The position numbers and the translations under genes were made by a program. Of a DNA stretch of 64,000 nt, positions 1-13,593 are shown piece by piece. Source of the stretch: Octopus vulgaris (Eukaryota); assembly GCA_951406725.2 (NCBI GenBank), contig OX597818.1, positions 9,920,001-9,984,000 on the forward strand, read 5' to 3'. The notes beneath the pieces are model-generated. The model worked only from the letters and a program-made list of their open reading frames with translations, was not told the DNA's origin and ran no database searches. The stretch's first letter is position 1; the number at the start of each line of letters is the position of its first letter.

Positions 1-1048
1 ATCGACAATCGTTATGGTTTGGTGCTTCTTTGAGGCTTGCTTAATAAGTATTTCGGTCACATTGACTTTCTCCTGGCATTTTTTTCATTTCAACCTATTC
101 TTCTTCCTGCGTTTTACTGCCTTTTCTTCTTGTTAATATTATTCCATGCCTATAGCCAACCTTCATACTTCATACTTTTCCACGCAATCTGGCATATTCT
201 ATATATCGTTTCTTAACCCTTCCAAATAAGAAGGAAACTATCTAAATGTACAATACAAAAGGGACTCATGGTTTGGATTGACATAAAGTCACAAAAACGT
301 CGGTTGTTATTTTGCTCTCACTCAGCTTGGATATAACAAACTATGTTCATGCGCATTCCATCTTTGAGCATTCTGTCTTTTATTATCAGTACACAGGACT
401 GCATTATGGCCTGTCCTCTTTTTATGAAGAAAAGGCTTTGGTTTGAGAGAATGTTACTGCTATTTCTAGCATATCGGGCGATCACGTTAAAGGATCCATG
501 TGAGACCTTACTCAAAAATGGGAAGTTAACTTTGGTGCTTTCAAAATGGGGTCATTGCTCATATTCAATATTATTGGAATATTGATAATCAGTCTTTCCT
601 TTCAAACTGTGCAAATAGACTCTATGGAAACAGGTACAATTTAGTTATTAAGCATTTTTCGTATTTTCCTATCTTAATTTTAATCTGTGTATTTCTGATA
701 TCCATATAACAGATGCTCGTATGCAGCTGAATGGGTAACATGGCAATACTGGAGGTTTAATGATCCTTCAAAACTTGCTAAGTTTATACCCGAGTCAAAC
801 ATATCTTCCTTGTATATGTTGGCATTTGAGTCTTTTTCATCCCACTCTCTGTAAGCCTTACCCGCTTTCGTCTGTATGATGACAAACGATTACTGTTTTT
901 GAAAATTTCTATATATATATCTTCTCTTTCACTGTATATATATAAGAGAACAAAGTGTACGCACGCCGCTATATATTATATGTATATATAAAAATACAAA
1001 ATGGGACAAGTACACAAAACGTCCAGATATATATATATATATATATTT

Positions 1049-1127
<79 letters not shown>

Positions 1128-1526
1128 CGTAATATATATATACACATACGTACACACACACAACCACACATATTTATTTATTTATATAGTGAGCTCAGCG
1201 CTGGTGACCTCGACACTGGTGGCCTCGGCGCTGGAGGTGGCACGGATTTACCTCCCCGCTAGCGATATAGACATGAGTACTTTTTGCAGCGAAAGCCAAA
1301 ATGAGAATTTCTTCCATGGTATCTACGGCGGAATAGGTGGTTCTAACAGAACATCCACGTTTAAGTGGGATAAATATTCCTTCTTCGCATAAATACTGCC
1401 TCTCTTGCTGTACACACACACACACACACACACACAACATACATGTAAGCATATAAACAAACAGGTACGTATGTGTGTCTGACGAAAAAACTAAAACTCC
1501 TAGATAATCTTATACAGCTAAAACAG

Positions 1527-1736
1527 GGCGGTGTGCAGGCAGATTTGCTAACAGACCAGGCAAAATATTTAGCAACGTTCCGTCCATCTTTTCGTTCTGA
1601 CTTCAAATTCCGCTGAGGTTGACTTTGCCTTTTATCCTTTCGGAGTCGATAAAATAAGCACCATCTGAGTGTTGGAGGTCAATGTAATCGACCTACCCCA
1701 CTTATCCGAGCTGGCCTTGTGCCAAAAATTTGAAAC
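1527..1736 (+). mobile_element. SINE family A
   Basis: Diverged full-length match to the 36128 copy. Confidence 0.8.
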
Positions 1737-2259
1737 TAATACATAGATATGACATAATTAGGCATTATACCACTTCACACAATTTTTTAGCTTCGATCTA
1801 TTCAACTTCTCTGACGTTACATTACTATATACGACTTAATTTAGTTAGTTAAATCATTTCTCTAAACTAATCTTTATTAATGTTTCTTTAAATCACTGTA
1901 CTGTCGTGCTGCACATCATGTCTTCTTCAGACGGTTCCATCATAGAGCTTGTAAGAATGAAAGCTAAATTTGGCCTTATCGAGATTTGAACTCGGAGTGT
2001 AGAGCGCACTCTAATAACTACTCTAATAACGTTGTCAGTTCAGTCTTTCTATAACGTATGTTAATGTAGACTTATTATGTAATCTATGGTGATACAGACT
2101 TGCTATGTTACTTATCGCATAAATACATAAATATCTATGAAAAACTGTATTTAGTAGTTGAAGTTGCAATGATTGGAGTAGCTGTATACACTATATACTT
2201 CACCTAAAAGTATGTTTGTTTCTATCAATCTTAGCATTATTTTCAGCAATGTTATTTTG

Positions 2260-2382
2260 CCGAGGTATACTTTACCCTTCGTCTTCGAAGCCGATACAAT
2301 AAATATCAGTTGAGTACTGGGGTTGATGAAATCGACTTACCCTCGCCCTCGAAATTGCTAGCCTCGTGCTAAAATTTGAAAT
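2260..2382 (+). mobile_element. SINE family A, 3' fragment
   Basis: gccgagg...actggggttgatgaaatcgacttac...aaatttgaaa. Confidence 0.7.
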
Positions 2383-3317
2383 TATTATTATCAGAAATGT
2401 CACTCTCATGACTGCCAACACGGCAGCTGAGATTCAACAAGACAATCTCAACATGACATTTTTGTCTGCTAGAAATAGGAGCTAAAACTCCTTGCTATTA
2501 ATATGTACTGACAACTAAAGTGATGAACTTGCTCATTAGATAATGCACATCTCGAAGTCTTTAATGCAAGATGGAATGCATTAAGGTTAACCTTGGTTTG
2601 CAACAACCATAACAATAACCGCTTTATTTTTCATTTCATAATGATTAAAATCAGATTTACACAGGGCTAATCGGTCGCCTGACTTGCTAAAGGTAGAAAC
2701 CTAAACACCTTGAAGTTAGATTATACCATACTGCAAGGAAACATCTGTGTGGTCAGTCGAGCTACTAGACATAGCAACCGAATCTTCTTTAAAAACATCT
2801 TACAGCACTTTTAAAAGATTACACTCTATAATGTTACCCTAGATATCCTACATTCGATAATGTTATCCCCGATACAATGTCTGACTAAAGACGTGATGTG
2901 CAAAAATTGGAACGCCATTGACTTAGGTTTGAGCAACTACGCCATCACCACCACCAACAACATCAGTTTTGCTAAAGTATATCCATTCCAAATTATTCTG
3001 GAATAAATGTTTCTATAAATCGTATTACATAATAACTCAGTGATGTTATTATTTTACACAGTAGTATACAGACTGCAGACAGTGTCGGATTGGCAATGTA
3101 AGCACAGCAATATATAGTAAACATAATTAAATTGAATAAACATGACGGTACATTGTACACAGAGAAGAGGAGAAGTGTATAGTCGTCAAAAATAAAATAT
3201 TTACACATAGTTATACTGTATAAACATATCTTAGCGTGATTAAAAATATAAGAGAGAGAAAGAGAGGGAAAGAGAGATGATATGTGGGAGTGGGAGCGTG
3301 TATGTGATTACGTATGC

Positions 3318-3353
<36 letters not shown>

Positions 3354-4381
3354 AAGAGCGTGTTTCAGAGTGAAGAGCAAGTCCTCATCAAGTAGTAGGA
3401 TAAAACAGTTTCTGCCCGATTATAGTGGGTTTCAGTTTCCCATAGTATTGTACGGTGGAAACGTGGGTGACGGTAACGATTAAAAGAACTTTACGATGGT
3501 CCCCATGACAATCCTAACATTCCCTGATAGCATAAATAGAGAAAGTGATACTATCGAAAAAGCCCCGAAACCGTTATGATCTCCAGACACCAGGCAGTGA
3601 AGGGAATATTCAAGATTACAGTATACATGGAAAACGAGCCTTGGCTATGATCTCCATGGTTATTTCAATGGCTTGATCTAGTGATGTACCTACTTACCGA
3701 AACAGCAGTTCAGTATTTCTAAAGCAGGAATTTTTCAACGTAATCCTCCTGTTGACTCACTGTAATACTACACATGACAATACTGAACATTTTATTTACA
3801 GGTAGAATCTATCTTTTATGCACAAGGCTTGTACTGATTGTGGACTAGTACTGAAGTTTTAGATGTTTGTCTCATTTGCCACGCAGTATAACTCTACCCA
3901 TATGAATCAAACAAGATTAAACAGTAAAGTAGAAAACTTAACAGTATTTCTTTACATTGACTGAATATAAACTCCATAGCGTGGAATCAGTTATATCTAG
4001 TCGAACTTTGTAGAAGCCTGATACTGTTTTATGAGGCATGAGAGATGAAAAACGAAATCATGGTATGAAATTGGAATACAAGCAGAATGGATTAAGATTA
4101 CTTTTCCAACCTTCCTTAATAGTAAAATCACTTAAGTTAAAAACACGAATACTTTTAAACAAAATATCCAGTCTGTACGAACTCAGATGTGCCAGTCATA
4201 TCATTCAACAAATGAAGCAATTGTGAATTCCTCGCTACTAGAAATAGCGGACGAATCCCTATCAAGTCACAACATTCTACCTTATATAACATAACACTTT
4301 ATGTGCAGAAAAGGTGTATTGCTATAACTGTAACATCTTCGTTAATAGTCATGGAAGGACACATTAGACCATATAGAATTG

Positions 4382-4448
<67 letters not shown>

Positions 4449-4573
4449 CATACATAAATACATAAATACATACTACGTACAAACATACATGCATACATGA
4501 ATATATACATACATGTATACATCCATCCATCCATACATACATGCATACATACATACATACATACATACATAGA

Positions 4574-4604
<31 letters not shown>

Positions 4605-5206
4605 TATTGTCCTCATTGTTATAGTTGTAGTTGTTATTACGGTTGTCAATGATGTGTTTGTAGTCTGATATCACTACCGGGAATAATGCTACTGCACACG
4701 TACACACACACGCACACACAATCACATACACAATCACATACACACTCTCACTGCCACATATTATATCTCTTTCCCTCTCTTAATGAGACAAAGCCAAGGC
4801 TGTGTGGAATTTTCAGGACATTTATAAATAGAAAAGTTAGTCTTACAGCTGTTTCTGGGATATTAGGGATATCCCTTTATCATAGCGAGAAGTATTAGAG
4901 TTCAATACGTGGAGTTATTTTGGCAAGGAAACAAATAAAGAGTATATAGGTAAATAGGAGAATGGATGTACAAATAAAAATGTATGAAGATGTTATAGTT
5001 GCAGGACCATTATCCAAGAAAAGTGGTTTGTAGAAGTGGTAGAAATGCTTCCTGGCCGTGCTATGCAAATTCCAATAGGAGTTCATATTTTGTCAGCACA
5101 AATGGAAAGTGTGGAGACGTATATTCCATGTGCTGTTCATTCAAAGGGGACTTGTGGTGTGAATAAAAATTTGAGAATGTATTGGTAGTATAGTAGTATA
5201 TATATA

Positions 5207-5417
5207 TACGCCATGTTGATTCGTTAGCTACTGCACGCATTTTTTTTCTCTCCTTCTTTCTGTGTTTTTCTCTCTCTGTGTATCTTTCTGTTGAAGAGCG
5301 TAGGCTCGAAACGTTAAAGACTTGTTTTATTTATATTTCCTGAGCGCCATACTAATACAATTGTTCGTTTGTTTTCCACCTGCCTTCGTCTTTTGTTTAT
5401 TTTCATAAAGCTTCCCG

Positions 5418-5418
<1 letters not shown>
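5207..5418 (+). mobile_element. Short Penelope-type terminal fragment with hammerhead motif, flanked by TA repeats
   Basis: Near-identical to the reverse complement of 11966-12192; contains hammerhead-like core; 3' end abuts (TA)n 5419-5476. Confidence 0.7.
5283..5320 (+). ncRNA. Minimal type I hammerhead ribozyme-like motif (variant core)
   Basis: UCUUU-CUGUUGA-A-GAGC guag GCUC-GAAA-CG-UU-AAAGA: 5-bp stem I, 4-bp stem II, palindromic minimal stem III; A6 replaced by U. Confidence 0.6.
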
Positions 5419-5476
<58 letters not shown>

Positions 5477-5480
<4 letters not shown>

Positions 5481-5680
5481 ATCCAAACATGAAAACACAA
5501 AGAGAAAACCCAACAACGCGAGGACGTGGAACAAATATAGTATTATTCGACGCTCAGAAAGGAAGGGAAGAAGGAGGGTTTAACGTTTCGAGCGGAGCTC
5601 TTCGTCAGAAACATAGGAAAAGGAAAGATCCAGAGAAGGGAAGACAGAGGAAAAAAAATCGCCAACGGTACACAAGCGCA
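5477..5680 (-). mobile_element. Second short Penelope-type terminal fragment (different family) with hammerhead motif
   Basis: Non-microsatellite block between two microsatellites; hammerhead ~100 nt upstream of the (TA)n junction on the minus strand. Confidence 0.65.
5578..5612 (-). ncRNA. Minimal type I hammerhead ribozyme motif
   Basis: Minus strand GUUU-CUGACGA-A-GAGC ucc GCUC-GAAA-CG-UU-AAAC: canonical CUGANGA and GAAA boxes, both stems paired. Confidence 0.72.
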
Positions 5681-7539
5681 CACATACATACATACGTGTA
5701 TGTATATATATATATATATATATATACACATACATGTATGTATGTATGTATGTATGTGTGTATGTATGTATGTATGTATGTATGTATGTATGTATGTATG
5801 TATGTATGTATGTATAGTAATACCATTAACAATAAGATAAGCGAAAGATAGGGGATAAATACGGTGTATCTAAATTAAGATACACCATTAGTTACGAGGT
5901 ACAAAAGCTGCTAAATTAGTAAGAGCGACGGGGAGAAGCACGAATGGAAGCAAGTTGACACAACGTATTGGCGAACGCGTCTCTACAAATCAATCAAATA
6001 ATTTTTGTTTAAGTGCAGTCACGGATATTTGTATAAAGCAGTAGCATCATCCTACTTATAGGAACGCCACTTCATTATTGGTCTTGTTCGAATTTATTGA
6101 TGAAGTTATCGATGATCAATAAATGATAGGAACTGAAGAATAAGCTCGCCTTAAATTGTCAACATTTCGAGATGAAATGTTGACAATTATATATATTTGA
6201 AGTCACAAGGGAATCATTAACATTTTCCATTGAAGTCATTCAACTATCTGAGGAAATAACATTTTCTTTTAGCCACAGGTCAACCCTAATATAATAGATA
6301 TGATTAAAGGCATTCCAGCCGCAGCCATTTCGTCTTTTTAAGGATAGGTACGACTACTTTACTTAATATGCCCTTTACTTATCAAAGACAGTCAGGTGTA
6401 ATTTGAGAAAGATGCATCTTCTATTTCTACGCGGTTGAGCGACCATATAGAAAGTCATTTCGTTGCTTCCAGTCTTCAGAATTGTTGTCTCTACTTTACT
6501 CCATGGCACTCCTGATCGAGTTTATCTATAAGTGCATTGAGTCATGACCACCGTGCTTTTATATTAAAATTTAACCCTGGGATACATCGAAGGCGTATCC
6601 CAGGGTTTCATTTTTAAGGCAATAGGTTTTTGTTATGATAGAGAGTTGATTACTATTTCCAGCTGGTCTAGCGAATACGCAGAGGTCGCTATACCACACT
6701 TTGGAAATGTACACTAAATTCTATAATCTGTATCTGAAGTTTGAGGTATCGATTGCTTACTACATACATTTGTCAAACTATAAATTACACTTGTTTTTCA
6801 GCATTCAAGAATTGTTATTGTTGCTTCTAAGACTCACATCATATCTGGTCAAACGTTCCAGTTACGACCATCCTGCATTTTTATATTCAATACTATATGG
6901 GTTTAATGTGTCCTTCCATAAGATAACATTGCGTGGTTTGAAGAAGACTTGGATGCTAATTCTTTGAGATCGAATTAGTTTTTAGTTTAAAAGCGTAATA
7001 CTCAAATATAGGCAGCTGCGTTTATTAGCTTTCATTATCTTCCTTAATGTGCAGAATGTTATTCTAAGAATTATGGTTTATATTTGAGGAGGTTACACTT
7101 TCTACATCCCTTTGATCGGAGCGATTCATATGATAAGAAAATATGACAGACAAAATATCTGTCTAAAGTAATTGACTCAAAAGTTACCGGATGCGCCCTC
7201 TGTAAATTGAGGTTGCTTTCACTGCTGTTGCTGTTGTTGTTGCGGCTGTAGTTGTTGCTTTCGAATTAAATTCCATTCCAGTCTTTATGCGATATCTTGG
7301 CAATTCCGGATTCAATCTTACCTATAATGAAATAGATAACCGTAACCATTACACTCTTAATGTGAGACTGTATGTCTGGGGACGGAATGGACCCCGAGTT
7401 ATTTCTTATTAACAGAATCGGTGATCAGGTTTTATAGAAGCTGATTTCATAGAACTGACCGTTGCATCTTTAATTATAGGATGCTGATTAATGTTGAGTA
7501 GGCAAGCATTGTAGTAAGAATTGAAGGTGTAGCCAATAG

Positions 7540-7916
7540 GGAGAAGGGGGAGGAGGAGGAAGGTGGTGATGATAATGATGGTGGTAATTATGATGATGAT
7601 GAAGGAGAAAAAAGATGAAGTAAAGGAAGAAGAGAAAGAACAAGTGGAAGGGAAGCTGGTTATGATGTCCGTGTCGACGAAAATGGCAATTGATGATAAG
7701 CTTAATAACAGTGTTAACGATATAAATAATGACGATGATAACCAGGATGGCGATGACAACGATGATGATGGTGATGATGTCGATGATAATGATGAAGAAG
7801 ATGATGACGGTCACGCCAACTGAGGATGATGATGATGATGCTGAAGATGATGATGAGGAGGATGAAGATGACGATGATGACGACGACGAGGACGGTGATG
7901 ATGATCATCATCACCA

Positions 7917-7956
<40 letters not shown>

Positions 7957-8005
7957 TACGATGACCATGGTGATGATGAGGACATAGTAGTGGATGAAGA
8001 TGGGT
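7540..8005. repeat. Degenerate (GAT/GAC/GAA)n and (AAT)n low-complexity tract
   Basis: Direct reading; frames interrupted by stops. Confidence 0.9.
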
Positions 8006-9159
8006 GGGGGGTGTAGATGCATTATGTTACATTTGATCTCAACAGTTTTCCTTTGTGGAAATCCGGCAACATTATTCTGATGAAGGTCCATTCTTAAGAT
8101 TGATGGGTGCTATTTTCTATATCTTCAGAAGTCTAATAATTAATTCCCACCACACGCGCGCCCGCACACACATACACACACACAAGTATCCTCTCTACCC
8201 ATTCTCTCGCATCTACCCCACCCCACCACCACAACCAATAACAACAATAACAATAACAACAGTCAGTTCGGAACATTAATTCAAAAGCGAAGATACACCA
8301 GCCGATATGTGTCTCCAAGTTTATATAACAGCCAAGCATGAATGCTGGCCATTTACATCTTACAGATGGACTGATGCACATGGCTTGCTCGGCAATCAAC
8401 ATTTGCAAAAGCATAGAGTCTAATTCTCTTCGAAACCATTCCAGCTGTATGATGATGGGAAAGCAGCTAAACCGGCAATGAATCTAAATCTTGATAAGAA
8501 GTAAAAGCAGAACAAAAACAACAATAACAGCAACAACAACAACAACAGCAGAAACCTCGGTAGTAGCTTTCCTCGCAGTAGTGATATCAGACAACAACTA
8601 ACGCATCATCGACAACCATAGTAACAACAACAACGACATCATTAACAGCAACAACAACATCAATAACAACAACAGCAGCAACCTCAGCAGCAGTTTTATT
8701 CACGGTAGTGATATCAGACAACTAACACATCATTGACAACCATAATAACAACAACAACAATACGACAATAACCACAACCACAATGACAATGGCAATAAAG
8801 ACGACGACAACAACAATGTTACTATCAATAGTTGCATCGAAACAGCAACGACAACAATAACGCTAACAACAACAGTTACGGGAATGGGCAGAAAAGAGGA
8901 CAGCTATCTTCTTAATGCTTTGTAACTTGGTTGTTCATTAAACATGTCCGAGCGACGCTACAAGATATTCTCTGACAGACAATGGATATTAGCCATAAAA
9001 TGTAATTGAATAACATAACATTATGACTAGCTTGTTAGAGCGTCTTAATGTATGGATGTCATTACACAATGAAACACTTCTTGATGTTGTGCCACAAGTC
9101 GGATGTTGTCACAACCTTATTCGAGGAAGATTTCCCCAGCTGCAAAATGTCTTCTATTT

Positions 9160-9370
9160 TCTTCTTCCTCCTCTTCTTCTTCTTCTTCTTCTTCTTCTTC
9201 TTCTTCTTCTTCTTCTTCTTCTTCTTCTTCTTCTTCTTCTTCTTCTTCTTCTTCTTCTTCTTCTTCTTCTTCTTCTTCTTCTTCTTCTTCTTCTTCTTCT
9301 TCTTCTTCTTCTTCTTCTTCTTCTTTAATTTTCCATCAAACTTTTTCCTCCATTTCCACCGCCAGCACCC

Positions 9371-9415
<45 letters not shown>

Positions 9416-9432
9416 CCACCACCACCACCACC

Positions 9433-9489
<57 letters not shown>

Positions 9490-9493
9490 TATG

Positions 9494-9563
<70 letters not shown>
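9160..9563. repeat. Compound trinucleotide microsatellite (CTT)n-(CAT)n-(CAC)n-(CAT)n-(TAT)n
   Basis: Direct reading. Confidence 0.98.
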
Positions 9564-9564
<1 letters not shown>

Positions 9565-10150
9565 GTATGCTAGTTTAGCTGACATTTTAACTTGAAGTTT
9601 GGTGACAAGTTTTCTCAAATCTCAAGGATCTTTTCCGATATTCGTGCAGAATATATAAAATCGTGCTATTCTGCCGGTTGACAAAGCGAGTTTCAATTCT
9701 AATCGCTTTCAGTCTTTTTGGTAACAACTTCACCAATTTCTGCAAGAATAATTGCTGTATTGGATTTCCACAGCCTCCTCAGTTCTCTGACTAGATCCTG
9801 GTATTTCTCAAGTGTATTTACAATTTCTTTGGTATCGACTCTTGTACAAAATTGGAACGTCTATAATCTTACGTTGTTTGTTTATTTTGTTCTCTATAAT
9901 CATATCTGGTCTTCTTGCTTCTGTAGTATACTAAGTCTTTATGGCGAAGTAATTTTCAATTTTCTATCACAGCCTCGGTTTCGTGCTCATACCTCTTCTT
10001 TTGTTTTGAGACCACATATATTTTTGCCTATACAATCATGACTGTGCTTATACTCCTTTCGTGTTTGTATACTGCACTCACTCAGAATGTAAACTCAGTG
10101 ATACAACAAATGAAAAATCCTGCATTTGCTGTCTGACTGAATTTTGATGA
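9564..10150 (-). mobile_element. Decayed R4/Dong-type LINE 3' end
   Basis: Minus-strand remnants ILSECS..KEYKHSHDCIGK, YEHETEAVIE, EKYQDLVRELRRLWKS; abuts (TAA)n at 9490-9563. Confidence 0.8.
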
Positions 10151-10319
10151 TCTTTGCCTTTATCAGATTCTTTTCCTAATGACTTGGTCCTGAACGGCTT
10201 AGTTTATTGCAGGAATTGGCTATGCAATTCCATTTCTTTCTATTTGTTTGTTTTGTTCTTTTTCTTCTCTATCAGTTCTCCCACTATCTCAGTCCTTTTT
10301 GGACATCGATGTTTTATGA

Positions 10320-10465
10320 TTGTTATTATTGACTTTTGTTGATGTTGTTGTTGCTGTTGTTGTTGTTGTTGTCGTTGTTCTTCTTCTTCTTCTTCTTCTT
10401 CTTCTTCTACTTCTTAATATTCTTCTTCTTCTTATTATTATTATTATTAGTAGTAGTAGTAGTAA

Positions 10466-10532
<67 letters not shown>
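10320..10532. repeat. Compound microsatellite (GTT)n-(CTT)n-(TAT)n-(TAG)n
   Basis: Direct reading. Confidence 0.97.
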
Positions 10533-10533
<1 letters not shown>

Positions 10534-10536
10534 AAA

Positions 10537-10712
10537 CGGTGAGTTGGCAGAATCGTTAGCTCACCGTACGAAACAAGACTTAGCGGTATTTGGTCTGTTT
10601 TTATGTTCAAACTCTGTCGACGTTTATGCCTTTCATCCTTTTGGGATTCATAAAATAATAACAAGTTAGGAACTTGAGACGATATAGTCGCATAGCCTCC
10701 CAAAATTTCAGG
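10537..10712 (+). mobile_element. SINE family A
   Basis: ggtgagttggcagaatcgttagc head directly after (TAG)n. Confidence 0.75.
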
Positions 10713-11137
10713 GATTCTGCATAAGAGAGAGAGAGAGAGAGAAATATAAATTGTGTAGCAGAGGGAAATTTTAAACATCATATAGTATTGTGACTGACCG
10801 AAAGGTAACATTATAATATTCGATTTTTATATCTTTTATCTGTCAATCTTTTTATCAATCTGTCTATCCATATTGACAAATGCATCAACGAGTAGACGGT
10901 AGAAAGAAAAGTTATACTAGATAGGATAATAAACTTTTCATAGATAGGAAGAAAGCAATATATTTGTAGATGTTTCTTTTTTTTTTTTTGCATGTGTTAT
11001 CTAAACTTTGTATTGTCAGAGTAGATCGATACATGAACCACAAGAAGAGTAGATGTGAAACAAACAACTGAACTGAAATGAAATTAAAATATTCTTGATT
11101 AGCAAACAACTTATATTGTTTCTGAAAATTATAATGG

Positions 11138-11184
<47 letters not shown>

Positions 11185-11840
11185 GCGATTATGATGATTG
11201 TGGTAGAAACGTGGTGGTGACTGGATAGTGAAAATTGTTGTTTATTTTTATTGAGCTAATTTTTTTTATTTGTATCCCATCACTTAATGCATGCGCGTAA
11301 GTGTAATTATTTATCGTCTACTCGCTTGAAAAGTGGTATTTGTTTATCAATAATACTACTAAGCTATCTTTTTGTTTTTGTACGTACCTGTGCTGTGTGT
11401 CACACTTCAAAGGAGTGGTAAAGCAAGAGAGAGGGGGACAGAGAGGAAGTAAGAGAGAAAGCGGGACAGAGGGAGAGAGTGAGAGAGAAAGAGATAGAGG
11501 GAAAGAGACAGTGAGTGGTGACGGCGTAAGTTTTGTCTTTTTAAATGTTTCAGAGAAGGACTAAGAGAGAAAGAAAGAAAGTGAGAGAGAGAGAGAGATG
11601 GGTGAAAACTTCGTTGTCGACTATCTGACACTTACTGTCTGTCAGCCTTTCTCTCTAGGTATGTGTTTGTGTATGTGTGTGCATGTATGTGTATGTTTGT
11701 ATGTATATGATTCTGCCCTGGATCTCTCTCGGCAAAGCAGCAAACCCAAAAATCGTGCCAGCCATTATTACCACTACCTCTAAGTCCGTCCCGTCTGTGT
11801 TCAGCCCTGTGTGGCTAATAAAGAAACACACACACATACA

Positions 11841-12192
<352 letters not shown>

Positions 12193-12211
12193 CATATATA
12201 TATACATATAT

Positions 12212-12267
<56 letters not shown>

Positions 12268-12637
12268 GTGTGTGTGTTTTCCCACCACCACCATTGCTTC
12301 ACAGTTGGTGCGTTTGCGTCTCTGTAATTTAGCTGTTCAGCAGAAGAGACTGACAGAATAAGCACCAGGCTTACAGGCAATAAGTCCAAGGGTGAATTTC
12401 TTCGACTAAAGAGGGTGCTCTAGCATGGCCACCGTCAAATGACTGAAACAAGTGAAAGAAAAAAAGAGTACCAGAAAAACGTTCCGTACCACTAAACCAA
12501 AAAAGTTCTTTGAATATGTACCATGTATTCTAAGGTTAAATAGTAATTCCGCTTACGTTTGTGTAACTGAGATATTTTGGTTGGATTATATAGTCATTGG
12601 TGTTATACATTCTGTAACTGTCACAATATACTTTTCT

Positions 12638-12778
12638 AGGCCTGAAATTTCTGTGGGGAGGGGGCCAGTTGATTACATCGACCCCTGTACACAACTGGTA
12701 CTTAATTTATCGAGCTCCAAAGGACGAAATGCAAAGTCGACCTCAGCAGAATTTGAACTTAGAACGTAAAGACAGACA
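12638..12778 (-). mobile_element. SINE family A, partial
   Basis: gattacatcgacccc..ggtacttaatttatcg..aaagtcgacctc..gaatttgaac is the reverse complement of the family A core. Confidence 0.8.
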
Positions 12779-13351
12779 GTCATAATATACAAACATTTCT
12801 CATGGTACCAGTACACTGTTTACAGATGCTTACATTTTTAATGTTTTCCGTGAATTTTTCCCGGGTCCAGCTAGTAAAATATGGATGGCCGACGACTTAA
12901 GCTAACAAGAGACGAAATAAGAGGGCAGCATAGGCAACGACTTAGAGAGAAGCAGAGAATCGAATCACTAGAAATACACAGTAGCAGTAAGGGAAAATAC
13001 TTACCAAAGAGAATACATTTGTTTTAAATAGATAAGATACCACGTTCAAGATAAGACAGAATATGAAAATAAGACAGAACGCCAAAAGACGGTAAGATTA
13101 TAGTTGAAAGTTGCAACGTTGATGACAAGAGTATTCTCTGTAATCATTGTGAAACTCTTGAATTTGGGAATGGGCCTCTGAATTGCCGAGAGAATGAAAA
13201 AGTCATGCTTCCTCAATCGTAACCTTATCCAGAAGCAATGAGATGAGTTTCTTTAATGAAAATCATGCACATAAACAATTTCTAAAGAAACACTAATTTT
13301 TATGGTTCTATATAAACTTTCAACTACCTAAGAAGCTAGCAGGGGTACTAG

Positions 13352-13573
<222 letters not shown>

Positions 13574-13593
13574 GACTCCTTTTCCCCCTTGTA

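Noticed and set aside
1187-1411. GC-rich block with three 15-bp repeats, possible transposon fragment or exon
   Set aside because: No convincing TIR pair, protein motif or splice context
7563-8016. Acidic D/E-rich ORF as a possible exon
   Set aside because: Degenerate GAT repeat with an in-frame stop, merging into (AAT)n; no clear splice sites
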